DNA of 64,000 nucleotides from Schmidtea polychroa (Eukaryota): NCBI GenBank assembly GCA_044892525.1, contig CM097886.1, positions 165,342,312 to 165,406,311 of the forward strand, read 5' to 3'. Shown piece by piece: positions 63,889 to 64,000 of this stretch (position 1 is its first letter; each line of letters starts with the position of its first letter). The notes under the pieces were generated by a model. It saw only the letters and a program-made list of their open reading frames with translations, ran no database searches and was not told where the DNA came from. The position numbers and the translations under genes were made by a program.

Positions 63889-64000
63889 CTCTAAATCATA
63901 TTCAATATGCATGTATTCATTAGTGATATTTTCCAGAAAATTATAAATAAATTGAATTGAATTTGTCAGTATTTTAATTGAATTGGTCAGGATGTAAATG

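Overview
Strongly AT-rich animal genomic DNA with two assembly gaps (5732-5902, 24797-24957). Introns are bimodal: 42-59 nt or 0.5-14 kb. This, plus a venus-kinase-receptor-like RTK, suggests a triclad flatworm or similar invertebrate, but that is inference only. Hand-spliced host genes: (1) a complete 9-exon, 462-aa gasdermin (GSDME-like, +, 1846-17480) with a DVTD caspase-3-type site in the linker, which the ORF track shows only as scattered fragments; (2) msrA (2 exons); (3) an intronless 481-aa orphan multi-pass membrane protein; (4) a 6-exon HACD/PTPLA with a 14,084-nt transposon-filled intron; (5) TNFAIP8/TIPE; (6) the 3' exons of an insulin-receptor-superfamily, VKR-like kinase. The rest is a dense mix of DNA transposons (several hAT groups, pogo, Tc1/mariner, two Merlin elements with 8-bp TSDs, probable MULE and piggyBac relics), foldback MITEs, a 148-bp tandem array and microsatellites. 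All family assignments come from motif recognition by eye; no database searches were run.
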